From: a virus
Length of the DNA stretch: 40,541 bases
Virus record (IMG/VR): IMGVR_UViG_3300043609_000044
Location: 1 to 40,541 of that record
Strand: one strand, 5' to 3'
How positions within the stretch are numbered: the stretch's first letter is position 1; each line of letters begins with the position of its first letter. The notes beneath the pieces are model-generated. The model saw nothing but the letters and a program-made list of their open reading frames with translations. It was not told where the DNA came from and did not search any database. Positions 18,380 to 26,782 of this stretch are shown piece by piece. Both the position numbers and the translations under genes were made by a program.

Positions 18380-19447
18380 TTACGGCTGAATACCGAGTTC
18401 GGCGGCTTTCTGCCGCAGGATGTCGGTGGTGGTCATGGGCGCCTGCGCGCCACTTTCAGCGGTGGTCCGTCGGGTCGGCGTGAGCGAGCTGTTGGCGGCT
18501 CGCGCCTTTTGGGTTTGTTCGTCCAGCGTCTGTTGTCGGATCTTGGTATCGCGGGTGGGCAGGTAGTGTTCGCGGTAGGCCCGGTTGTAGGCCTTATCGA
18601 GCGTGTACCGCTTATCGCTTTTCATGATGGCGGCGATCTGCGGACGCAACTGATCGAACGCTTCGTTCTGGGCGACTTCGGCAAAGTCCTGACGGGCCTG
18701 TTGGTCAATGCCGCCGAGAAACGCGCGGTACTCCTGCTGCTGTTGATACTCACGAAAGGGCTGAAGTTCCTTGCCGAGTTTGCCGTCGAGTTGGCCGAGG
18801 AACCACTGATCCCGCTTGGCTTGCTGTTCGGCGCTGTAGGTGTGGGCGATCTGCCCATTCTCCAGTTGGACCGCAATGTCGGGTTGGGGTTCGTCGGCCG
18901 GCGCCTGGCCACGCGGTGGTGTTCCACGTGGCACGCCGTTCTGTCCGTTCTGTGCAATAGGAACCAACTGCATTCCCATTTCCCGGGCGGTGTCGTGCAT
19001 GAACCGCACCGGGTCCGACGCCAGGGTCTTCAGCGTCGGCATGAGCGTCTGGAATTCTCGCGGCGTGAACTGCGACTTCAGGGTCAGCCACTCCCCATGC
19101 TCGTGCTCGAACGCCGCTTTGGTTTCTGCCGCGACCTTTTCACGGGTACGCTCCAGAATTTTCTTGTGGCGATCGGGCGGAATGGGGCCAACGACGGGCG
19201 TGGACAGGTCTGCGTCCGGGTCCGCTGCTGCCGCTGTCGGGGGCAGAGCCGAGTCAGGGGAACCTGGGGTGACGGCTGGCGGGGCCGCCGGAGTCGTGGC
19301 CTTGACGTCTGGCGTTGGGGCAGGTGTCGGCGTCGGGGGTGCCGACGCTTTCAGTGCTTCGAAGCCAGAGGACAGGGAACTGACGATCTCGCCGTGAGAG
19401 GACGGGGCGGAAGGCGCGGACGAACCAGTCGAGACGGTGTCTTCCAA
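18380..19447 (-). CDS. Scaffolding protein candidate
   Basis: Located just upstream of the capsid gene. Pro/Ala-rich N-terminus, charged helical remainder. TTG start preceded by AGGGAG. Confidence 0.55.
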   Translation of the reverse strand: MEDTVSTGSSAPSAPSSHGEIVSSLSSGFEALKASAPPTPTPAPTPDVKATTPAAPPAVTPGSPDSALPPTAAAADPDADLSTPVVGPIPPDRHKKILERTREKVAAETKAAFEHEHGEWLTLKSQFTPREFQTLMPTLKTLASDPVRFMHDTAREMGMQLVPIAQNGQNGVPRGTPPRGQAPADEPQPDIAVQLENGQIAHTYSAEQQAKRDQWFLGQLDGKLGKELQPFREYQQQQEYRAFLGGIDQQARQDFAEVAQNEAFDQLRPQIAAIMKSDKRYTLDKAYNRAYREHYLPTRDTKIRQQTLDEQTQKARAANSSLTPTRRTTAESGAQAPMTTTDILRQKAAELGIQP

Positions 19448-19519
19448 CGCACTCCCTGCCGGCGCTGTCGCGGGCCGGCCTGCGTAAGGGGGGTGTGACC
19501 TCCCCTGTCACGGGGGAGT

Positions 19520-19557
19520 GTGCGCCAGATATAGGCCAAGTGTCAAATTATTGACAC
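19520..19557 (-). promoter_or_regulatory. Late-operon head element, copy 1 (TGTCAA-N4-TTGACACTTGG-N7-CTG-N4-AC on minus strand)
   Basis: Inverted repeat GTGTCAA-atta-TTGACAC at 19540-19557. 17 of 21 core positions are identical to the copy at 25955-25992. Confidence 0.5.
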
Positions 19558-19613
19558 CAATGCGTCAGGTCTTTGGCAGTGACGGTGCTGGGAGGAGTTG
19601 GTAGGGTAGCCGT

Positions 19614-19820
19614 ATGGACGAGAAACAACGCGCGGCATTAGTTGAGGCGCAGGCGGCGCTCCAGCACGCCAACGCCGTGATCCGGGGAGTGTTGCAGGAC
19701 GCGGAGGAAGACGCGGCGGATCTGGCCATCGGACTGCAACGTCTCGACGAGATCCGCAAAGATCCGTCGTTGATCATTACCGGTGAGGCGCTGGAGAAGC
19801 GTCTGGCCGCGCTGCGGTGA
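19614..19820 (+). CDS. Putative antitoxin of the RelE/ParE-family toxin
   Basis: 68-aa acidic helical protein. Its stop overlaps the toxin GTG start (GTGA). Confidence 0.55.
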   Translation: MDEKQRAALVEAQAALQHANAVIRGVLQDAEEDAADLAIGLQRLDEIRKDPSLIITGEALEKRLAALR

Positions 19821-20071
19821 GTCGCACGCTGTCGTATGCGGCGGCGGCCGAGCGAGACTTGGCGGCCGTGGAACCCAAGAAAATTCGCCGGCAGATCCTG
19901 ACGCGCATTGAGGCGCTGTTGCACGATCCGACGCCGCCTGGCTATACCAAACTCGTGGGGCGGGACGATGTGTATCGCGTGCGGCAGGGCGACTACCGCA
20001 TCCTGTATGACTTTAGCGCCGACCACGTGATCGTGCTCGAAGTCGGCCACCGGAAAAACATCTACCGATGA
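19817..20071 (+). CDS. relE: RelE/ParE-family type II toxin
   Basis: YRVRQGDYRILYDFSADHVIVLEVGHRKNIY is the canonical RelE/StbE C-terminal signature. Confidence 0.85.
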   Translation: MSRTLSYAAAAERDLAAVEPKKIRRQILTRIEALLHDPTPPGYTKLVGRDDVYRVRQGDYRILYDFSADHVIVLEVGHRKNIYR

Positions 20072-20190
20072 GGCCGTGGCGCTGCTGGTTTCGGCATGAC
20101 TGGGGGCCGTGCGTCGTGCTGGGCTATCCGCCGGCCCGGCAGTGCCGACGGTGCGCGACCATCCGACTCCGCGCGTCGTCCCGCCGTTTA

Positions 20191-20526
20191 TCAGTCTGAC
20201 GGTTCGCGAGTCAGAAACCCGTGCGCGAGGGCGAGGGCATAGGCGTGGCCTTCGAGGGCTTCGTCCCGCGAGGCGTAGCGTTCCTGGTACTGGTCGTGCG
20301 GCCCGCCGAAGATCATGGTTTCCCAGAGAATGGGCCGACGGATCAGGGGAAACGCATGGTCGAGGCCAAGAAAGATCGTGCTCACGCGCGTGCCGTCGTC
20401 GAGTCGATCGTTGGCGAGGTGGCGATCGGCCGTCTCCATCCACTCGGCCCAGACATGCAGGTCAGGCTCAGGCACCGGTTCCCCGTCGGTGCTCAAGGTG
20501 TACCGCCCATAGGGCTGGCCGCTCAT
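20191..20526 (-). CDS. Hypothetical protein (WETMIFGG motif)
   Basis: Start MSGQPYG chosen. Divergent from brnT, separated by 42 bp. Confidence 0.6.
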   Translation of the reverse strand: MSGQPYGRYTLSTDGEPVPEPDLHVWAEWMETADRHLANDRLDDGTRVSTIFLGLDHAFPLIRRPILWETMIFGGPHDQYQERYASRDEALEGHAYALALAHGFLTREPSD

Positions 20527-20568
20527 GCGCGATAGTGTACTACGCTGTGATATGGTTCGCTCTGTTGG

Positions 20569-20850
20569 ATGCGGTTTGAATTTCACCCGGCCAAGTCAGC
20601 GGCCAACCTCGCGAAACACGGCATGGACTTCGTCGAGGCGCAACGTCTCTGGGATGGCCGGTGGGTGACTATTCCGGCACGTAGTCACGCCGAACCCCGG
20701 TGGCTGACCGTGGGCTATATCGATCAGCGGCTCTGGGCCGCTATTTGGACGTTTCGCCATGAGCACACCCGTCTTATCTGCGTCCGTCGCGCGCGGCCGA
20801 AAGAACGCGCGTACTACCAAGCGGCCTTCCCTGAGCGCGGCGGAATTTGA
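20569..20850 (+). CDS. brnT: BrnT-family (DUF497) toxin
   Basis: FEFHPAKSAANLAKHGMDFVEAQRLWDG ... RLICVRRARPKERAYY matches the BrnT pattern F.WD..K...N..KHG..F.EA ... RIISAR.A...E...Y. Confidence 0.8.
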   Translation: MRFEFHPAKSAANLAKHGMDFVEAQRLWDGRWVTIPARSHAEPRWLTVGYIDQRLWAAIWTFRHEHTRLICVRRARPKERAYYQAAFPERGGI

Positions 20851-21097
20851 CGCCAAATTCGAGGCGGGGGACGACCTGACGGCCTATCTCGACTTGGATC
20901 AGGCCGTGCGCGGCGGTGTGCGTCCGGTGGCGCTGAAAGAGCGCGAGGCGGCCACGTATATCGGGTTGTCCACGGCGTTTCTGCGCGCGGCGCGCGTGGG
21001 GCGCGGGAAAGGCCCTGTCTATGTGCGTGCGGGCCGCGCGATCCTCTATCTCATTGCGGATCTCGACGCGTTTCTCCAGACGCGCCGGCAGACGTAG
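20759..21097 (+). CDS. BrnA-like antitoxin N-terminus fused to excisionase/MerR-type HTH
   Basis: SAAEFDAKFEAGDDLTAYLDLDQA is BrnA-like. The C-terminus LKEREAATYIGLSTAFLRAARVGRGKGPVYVRAGRAILYLIADLDAFL is HTH_17-like. Start uncertain (92-nt overlap with brnT). Confidence 0.55.
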   Translation: MSTPVLSASVARGRKNARTTKRPSLSAAEFDAKFEAGDDLTAYLDLDQAVRGGVRPVALKEREAATYIGLSTAFLRAARVGRGKGPVYVRAGRAILYLIADLDAFLQTRRQT

Positions 21098-21098
21098 T

Positions 21099-21869
21099 TC
21101 ACCCTTGATAGAACCGCAGTCGGCACTGGCATAAGAGTACGATCTGATCGGGCGCCACGCTCTCGCGCACGGCCGTCAGATCCGTGAACCGGCCGCCGAA
21201 ACAGTCCGCGCAATACAGCGTATGCGCGAGGCGGTTGTCGGTGAGCAGGCGCGCGTACGCCAGGACGACGTCCACATGTTCGCGCGTGAGCAGCACCGTC
21301 TGCAGCCGGCGGGGCTGGCCGGTGTCGTCCACGACAATGCTCGTCGTGTTGTCGTTGACGTTCAACTTGCCGAATTGCACCGGCAAGTCTGTCGTCCCGG
21401 CCGGCGCCTGATATTCCCGATCGCCGCAGCGGCACGTCACGCGCACGAGGCGCGGCGTCACGATCGTTTTACAGCCGGGGTGCCGATCGGCGCGCAGGCA
21501 CCGATCGCAGTCCAGGGTTTCGATGAGGTGAAACCGCGCCAAGAACGCTGTATAGGCGTGGACGACTTCCGCCTCGCGTTTGGTGAACGGATCGGGCGCG
21601 ACGATCTGTTGACGCGCGGCGACAGCGGCGGCTTCTGTCGCGGCGAGTGCCTCGAAGTCCACTTCTGGGCCGGTGGTGCTTTCGGCCTGATCTTTCATCC
21701 TTAACCCGCGTTTGTTGAGTTCCGCGAAGTACTCGCGCTTCGTCATGTCGGACGCCGGGATCGGGACGACGTCCAAATTCGTCAACTCGCCGTTGACGAG
21801 CTTGTCCGCGTCCCAGATCCGATCAAAATGCACGGCCGGCGCGGCCGGCACAGGCGTATCGTCACTCAT
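21099..21869 (-). CDS. Protein with two paralogous CxxC...CxC zinc-ribbon modules
   Basis: aa 96-154 and 194-254 align (T.RE..VV.AY..L....L..TL.C..C ... C.C..R.YQ). ATGA overlap with the upstream stop. Confidence 0.65.
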   Translation of the reverse strand: MSDDTPVPAAPAVHFDRIWDADKLVNGELTNLDVVPIPASDMTKREYFAELNKRGLRMKDQAESTTGPEVDFEALAATEAAAVAARQQIVAPDPFTKREAEVVHAYTAFLARFHLIETLDCDRCLRADRHPGCKTIVTPRLVRVTCRCGDREYQAPAGTTDLPVQFGKLNVNDNTTSIVVDDTGQPRRLQTVLLTREHVDVVLAYARLLTDNRLAHTLYCADCFGGRFTDLTAVRESVAPDQIVLLCQCRLRFYQG

Positions 21870-22072
21870 GGCGTATCGCGTTTCCACGCGTCATAGACTT
21901 GCTTGTACTCGTGGCCTGGCGCGTCGGGGCAGCCATGCGCGTAGACGACAATGAACGTCCAGAGCGCCAGCCGCTTCGGCAGGTGCCGGGCGAACCACAG
22001 CGGGAACCCTTCCATGCGGAACCAGTACCACCACGATCGGGGCCCCCACCCGCGCGTCCAGAGTCGCCACAT
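21866..22072 (-). CDS. Small Trp-rich hypothetical protein
   Basis: 68 aa with 9 Trp. Tightly packed between neighbours. Coding status uncertain. Confidence 0.4.
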   Translation of the reverse strand: MWRLWTRGWGPRSWWYWFRMEGFPLWFARHLPKRLALWTFIVVYAHGCPDAPGHEYKQVYDAWKRDTP

Positions 22073-22075
22073 GAC

Positions 22076-22321
22076 TCACTCCACCAGCGCGTCGAGCAGC
22101 GCGTCTTTCGCCTCGTCGGTGGGGTTCACGAAGAACGCGGTGCCGCTCTGCAGCAGCACGCGGAACTGGACGACCGGGTCGCCGATCGTCGTGAAGGCCT
22201 CGACGGCCGACTTCCGCACCCAGACCGGCCGCGTACCGTCCATGAGCGTGAGGATGTGTGGGGGTGGCGGCGCGGCAGCCACTTCAGGTTCCGTGACGTC
22301 GTCGTAAGACTTTTTCGCCAT
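22076..22321 (-). CDS. Hypothetical protein
   Basis: TAATG overlap with the portal stop. 81 aa. Confidence 0.6.
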   Translation of the reverse strand: MAKKSYDDVTEPEVAAAPPPPHILTLMDGTRPVWVRKSAVEAFTTIGDPVVQFRVLLQSGTAFFVNPTDEAKDALLDALVE

Positions 22322-24327
22322 TAGCGTCCTCCTCCTATGGAATGGGAAAGTGCGTGCTGGTTGAGCGGCGGCTGTAACTGTGCGCTGCCGGGGTGGTGCG
22401 TGTCTGGCGGCTGTTGGCCGGGGATCGGCGGCGCCAACGGCTGGGTCGGCGTCTGCGCGGCGTTTAACAGCAACTCCGGGTGGCCGAGTTCGAGCGCCAA
22501 TGTCTGTTTCAGCGCATTCGGGTCGATCTGGAACCCGCTCTGTTGGAGCAGCGACACCACCATGGGGTTCGTCAGATCCTCGGCCTTGAAACTCAGCGAA
22601 ATGCGCGGCTTTTCCTGCGGCGGCGGCGGCGGATCTTGCAGGTGCCGCGTGGGATCTTCCCCGAAGGCGGCGTAGACGTCCTTCAACCCCTCTTTGCGAT
22701 CGTTGTACGGATCGTTGGCCGTGAGCTGGTAGCGGTCGAGCGCCATTTTCCGTTCAGCCTGCTGATCGAGGCGTTTGGCGCTGTCGGGTTTGACGCCGTA
22801 GACGAATTTGCCGGGGACGGACAGCTTATTCCACGCCTGCAGTTGTTTCGCGCCGTTTTGGCCGGCAATTTCGACGTAGCCCAGATCGTCCTCGAAGAGT
22901 TGAATGAGGCCGCCGAGCGCGGACACGATACTGACGAACCAGCGGAGCACCTTGTCGCGTTCCTTGTCGAGGCGAATATCCGTCGCCTGGTTCATGTAGT
23001 TCAACTCCGTCGCCGTCTTGCTGCCTTGCTCGGTAATGCCGGACTGGTTCTGGCCGAGCGCCCAGGCGCGATCGATATCGCGCATGGAAATGTCGGACGC
23101 GACGGACGTATCGCGCGGCAGCGTCGGGAGCGCGATCATTTCAATGAGTTCGTGCGGGGGGCCGTCGGTGAGGATGATCGACTGGACTTCGCCCTGTTCC
23201 AACTTCGCGATCGTCGCCGGATCAATGCGGTTCCTGTCCACGCCGCGCATGGGGAGCGCACGCCGTTTCTGCTGCATTTGGATCGTGCGCGTCTGGCTGA
23301 GTTCGTCCACGGCTGGCCGGGACATTTGGCAGTCGGACTTCGGGAAATGGCTGTCGGGGGTGTACCGGAGCGTGAGTACCTTGATCGGGAAGCCCTCGAC
23401 GCCAATGAGCGCGCCGGACTGCGGATCGACGCGCTGATACGGGGAATTCTCGTGCACGCGCGGGGTGTCTTCGTCTTCGACCAGGATCAGGTGCCGGACG
23501 AGGCGGCGATCGGTGACGGACGGATCGCAGCGATAGGCCCAGTACCAAATTTCCGTGACGGCCTTGCCGGGCCGGCCGACGTGGGTTTTGGACGTGTCGC
23601 AGAGCAGATCTTCGTCGTACCGGGAACCCTGATCCGTCGCTGGGGGGTGGACGTCGCTGAGACTGGCCAGTTCTTCGTCGCCGACGAACGAGCGAAAGCC
23701 CAGCCAGTCGGCCTGCTGATAGTTGGAGCGGATGAAGCCGCTCGGGACCAGCAGCTTGGCCGGGCTCCCGCGCTCAATATAGTAGCAACTGTGGCTGACC
23801 GTCGGCGCTTCTCCCAGCATGGCCGGCGGCGTGACGGACGCCGTGTAGCCGACCTTCACCCAGGCCACCCCGGCGGGACAGATCACGTCACTCAGGCATT
23901 CGTCCACGGCGGACAGCGCGTCGGTGTCGTCGGGGCCGAGTTTCTGGTTGAGCACGGCGTTGAAGATGGGGACGGCGGCGGCGCTTTCGGGGTTTTTGGC
24001 CGAGAGGACGACTTCCGGCACCTTATAGAAGAGCTGCGCCTTCTTCTGTTCGGTCTTCTCGTAGTCGATATTGACCTGCGTCGTCTCTTTCAACTCGAAG
24101 CCGTACGCGTGCTGATACCCACCCGTGTAGCGTTTGAGGTTTTCGCGCCAGTGGGGGAGTTCTTTCTTCAGTTCTTCGCGCGCCGAGGCAATTTCCCCGC
24201 GCCAGAACGTCAGCGACCCCACGCCGTCTTCCGGCAGCGGGAGGTGGAGCGGATCAGGCGGCGCGAGTTCGGGTGTGACCTGATCTGTCATACCGGCCGC
24301 GAGGGGATCGTCAAGGAGTTCAGGCAT
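22321..24327 (-). CDS. Portal protein
   Basis: 668 aa. Its start overlaps the terminase stop by 8 nt. Assigned by size and position between TerL and scaffold. Confidence 0.75.
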   Translation of the reverse strand: MPELLDDPLAAGMTDQVTPELAPPDPLHLPLPEDGVGSLTFWRGEIASAREELKKELPHWRENLKRYTGGYQHAYGFELKETTQVNIDYEKTEQKKAQLFYKVPEVVLSAKNPESAAAVPIFNAVLNQKLGPDDTDALSAVDECLSDVICPAGVAWVKVGYTASVTPPAMLGEAPTVSHSCYYIERGSPAKLLVPSGFIRSNYQQADWLGFRSFVGDEELASLSDVHPPATDQGSRYDEDLLCDTSKTHVGRPGKAVTEIWYWAYRCDPSVTDRRLVRHLILVEDEDTPRVHENSPYQRVDPQSGALIGVEGFPIKVLTLRYTPDSHFPKSDCQMSRPAVDELSQTRTIQMQQKRRALPMRGVDRNRIDPATIAKLEQGEVQSIILTDGPPHELIEMIALPTLPRDTSVASDISMRDIDRAWALGQNQSGITEQGSKTATELNYMNQATDIRLDKERDKVLRWFVSIVSALGGLIQLFEDDLGYVEIAGQNGAKQLQAWNKLSVPGKFVYGVKPDSAKRLDQQAERKMALDRYQLTANDPYNDRKEGLKDVYAAFGEDPTRHLQDPPPPPQEKPRISLSFKAEDLTNPMVVSLLQQSGFQIDPNALKQTLALELGHPELLLNAAQTPTQPLAPPIPGQQPPDTHHPGSAQLQPPLNQHALSHSIGGGR

Positions 24328-25981
24328 GGGCGGATCTCAGCGCGTGGTCGCGCAGTTGCTGAATGTCGTAGGCCACGGACCCCTTGACGGGACGATCGTC
24401 TCGGGTGTGACGCGTCGGAGAGGGACGACTGAGGCTCATATACCTGAGCATGTCGCTCCCGTGATCGTCGCCGTCGGTGTTCACGTCGTCGGCGTCGTGC
24501 GTGGACTGTTCCTGGATCGGCAGCGTGCGAATGAGATATTGGCAGCTCGGATCAAAGGTGAGCCACGGCGTGCCGTCAGGGGCCGCGCGCAACAGGTCAT
24601 GCACGTTCGCCCAGCCGTTTTTGCCGCGCTGGTTATCGGCCTTCCGCATGGGGAGGCCGGCGCTTCGGAAGGTTTCGACAATGGCCTTGCCGTGATCCTG
24701 GCCGGTTTTGTTCCACATGGACGGATCGGCGGCGCAGTAGCGTAAGCGGCCCGTCCCGACGAGTCGGCGTGTCGTGTCCATCATCTTCGCCGCGACGACG
24801 TCCGGTGTGGTTTGGGTGCCTTTCAGTTCACGCGCCATGTGGATGTGGCCGTCAGGCAGGCACGCGAACCAGCCCACGCAGTACGGTTGGTTGAACCCCC
24901 AGTCCATGGCGGCGATCCACTCGGTACCTGGCGGCACGTACTTCTCAGCGACGTGCCACGGCTGGCCATTCTGGAACGTCTTGAATTGAAAGAACGATCC
25001 TTCAAACACGCTCCAGTCGCCTTCCAGCAACTGCGATCGGCGCGGTTCCGGCATTTGATCCAGGTTGTCGCGGTAGGTGAGATCGACGTAGGGGTTGTCG
25101 TCCACCTTCGCTTGCACAAAGGTGTGCCACTCGGGTTTGAATTTGGGGTACTTGTCTTTGTCCGGTTGCTTCGTGATGAAGAAGTCGCGCACCCAGAGCG
25201 CGCCACGCGGGCCGGGGTTACTGGCGGCCCAGACTTTCGGCCCGCCGAGTTTCGCCACGACGTCCGGGTTCGACGTGCGCGCGCGACTGAACAGTTCGAT
25301 CATGTCGCCTTCGTCGTAGGTGACGAGTTCGTCGGGGACGATGACGTCGTATTCGCGCGAGAGGTAGCCTTCTTTCGCGACTTTGTCGTCCATGTGGCCG
25401 CCGACGATGGTGCTGCCGGTTTGCGGGAAATACATGCGGCGTTCGCCGCGGTTGTATTTCGCGCCGAAGAGCGGCGCGTCCCGTTCGAGGTGGAGGAGGT
25501 GCGTTTCTTCGAGATCTTTGTAGTTGGCGCGGATGATGATCGTGGAGAGGCGCCGCACACTCAGGCAGACGCGGTACAGGCCCCAGCGGAGAACGTGGCT
25601 TTTGGCGCCGCCGGCCGCGCCGCCGTAGAGGGTGCGGACGAATTGCCGTTGTGCGCGGAAGAATTCGACCTGGCGGGGCGTCGGGAGGAACACCTGGCGC
25701 TTCGTGTCGCCGACGGTGATCGCGATCCCCCACGCATATTGCTGCGCCGCGCACGCGGGGGTCGGACATTCCCACTGGCCCGAGGGAATTTGCGTGAAGT
25801 GCCGGCCGCACCAGCAGCAAGTGGCGTGCGGGTGCGACACCAAGGGGTTCGCGACGTGCGGTTCGGGCGGCAGGTTCGGCGGCGGCACCTGCGGCGCGGG
25901 GGGAACGGGCGGTTTCCAGCCCTTTTTGTGACGACCGGACCCCGTGCCTCCCACGTCGCACAGTCTACCCCCAAGTGTCAA
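24320..25981 (-). CDS. terL: Terminase large subunit with N-terminal zinc-ribbon extension
   Basis: Walker A YGGAAGGAKSH, Walker B YDVIVPDELV, C-terminal nuclease-like acidic residues. N-terminus CCWCGRHF...CPTPAC. The TTG start is uncertain. Confidence 0.9.
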   Translation of the reverse strand: MTLGGRLCDVGGTGSGRHKKGWKPPVPPAPQVPPPNLPPEPHVANPLVSHPHATCCWCGRHFTQIPSGQWECPTPACAAQQYAWGIAITVGDTKRQVFLPTPRQVEFFRAQRQFVRTLYGGAAGGAKSHVLRWGLYRVCLSVRRLSTIIIRANYKDLEETHLLHLERDAPLFGAKYNRGERRMYFPQTGSTIVGGHMDDKVAKEGYLSREYDVIVPDELVTYDEGDMIELFSRARTSNPDVVAKLGGPKVWAASNPGPRGALWVRDFFITKQPDKDKYPKFKPEWHTFVQAKVDDNPYVDLTYRDNLDQMPEPRRSQLLEGDWSVFEGSFFQFKTFQNGQPWHVAEKYVPPGTEWIAAMDWGFNQPYCVGWFACLPDGHIHMARELKGTQTTPDVVAAKMMDTTRRLVGTGRLRYCAADPSMWNKTGQDHGKAIVETFRSAGLPMRKADNQRGKNGWANVHDLLRAAPDGTPWLTFDPSCQYLIRTLPIQEQSTHDADDVNTDGDDHGSDMLRYMSLSRPSPTRHTRDDRPVKGSVAYDIQQLRDHALRSAHA

Positions 25982-25992
25982 GACTTTGACAG
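25955..25992 (-). promoter_or_regulatory. Late-operon head element, copy 2
   Basis: TGTCAA-gact-TTGACA at 25976-25991. On the minus strand it reads TGTCAAAGTCTTGACACTTGG...CTG....AC and overlaps the annotated TTG start of terL. Confidence 0.5.
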
Positions 25993-26027
25993 CGACAGCC
26001 GCGCGAGACGTTCGCTATCATGCGGCC

Positions 26028-26369
26028 ATGGCCGTGATGGTGGAGGAACTCTATGAAGCCCTGCGGTTAGCGGGGGTGCAGGACGGGGCCGCGAAAACGG
26101 CGGCCCGGGCCGTGCTCGGGGCCGATGCCCGCCACGATCTAGCGACGAAGACGGACGTGGCCGACCTGCGCGCGGACGTGGCCGACCTGAAAGCGGATCT
26201 GGCCGGGTTGCGGATCGCGACGAAAGGCGATCTGGCCGAAGTGCGCGCCTTGATGAAAGCGGATCTGTTGGACATGAAGGCGGATCTCTTGAAGTGGCAC
26301 GTCGGGACGCTCTTGGCGATCACGGCGATCTATGGTGGCCTCGTGTCGCTGCTGAAGCTGTTTGGCTGA
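26028..26369 (+). CDS. DUF1640-like coiled-coil protein with C-terminal TM
   Basis: Repeated DLATKTDVADLRADVADLKADLAGL heptads, then a hydrophobic tail LLAITAIYGGLVSLLKLF. Confidence 0.65.
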   Translation: MAVMVEELYEALRLAGVQDGAAKTAARAVLGADARHDLATKTDVADLRADVADLKADLAGLRIATKGDLAEVRALMKADLLDMKADLLKWHVGTLLAITAIYGGLVSLLKLFG

Positions 26370-26622
26370 AATGATGCTCGAACGGCGTCTCACGGTGCTG
26401 ACGTGGATGATGGGCGTCCTCCTGGTGCTCACCGCCACGACGCTGTGGCTCACGATCACGATCGCGGATCGTCTGCCTCACGTGGACGAGATGCGTGACG
26501 GCAGTGCGCTGTTTGTGATGTACGGCCCCGCGCTGATCTGGTGGCTGATCTTTCTCAAGCTCATGCGGGACGACAAACGACGCGCGGAGGCGCGACGACG
26601 TGACGAACAACGACGCGCTTGA
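26362..26622 (+). CDS. Two-TM membrane protein with basic C-terminus
   Basis: Two hydrophobic helices, then DDKRRAEARRRDEQRRA. Overlaps both neighbours. Confidence 0.6.
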   Translation: MAEMMLERRLTVLTWMMGVLLVLTATTLWLTITIADRLPHVDEMRDGSALFVMYGPALIWWLIFLKLMRDDKRRAEARRRDEQRRA

Positions 26623-26782
26623 ACGCCGTCTCGCCAAACACGCCGATCAACTCGCCGACCTCGAAGCCGAGATCGCGCGTCTCAAACAGCGCCATGACGC
26701 GGATCGGCAGACGTTCGTGGACGCGATCGGCACGACCGGCGGGAAAGCCACCGTGGCGACCACGAAGAAGAAGACGCCATGA
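26600..26782 (+). CDS. Small coiled-coil protein
   Basis: GTG start. LADLEAEIARLKQRH. Confidence 0.5.
   Translation: MTNNDALERRLAKHADQLADLEAEIARLKQRHDADRQTFVDAIGTTGGKATVATTKKKTP

Noticed and set aside
19551-19556. TTGACA boxes of the two palindromic elements acting as ordinary sigma-70 -35 boxes of back-to-back divergent promoters
   Set aside because: No acceptable -10 hexamer lies 16-18 nt downstream on either strand at either site. Kept instead as a phage-specific promoter or operator hypothesis.
22480-24387. 635-aa plus-strand ORF antisense to the portal gene
   Set aside because: It is a shadow ORF with Arg/Gly/Val-rich composition. The portal frame is coupled to terminase and the downstream genes.
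24812-26056. 414-aa plus-strand ORF antisense to the terminase gene
   Set aside because: It is a shadow ORF. The opposite strand carries the Walker A and B motifs.
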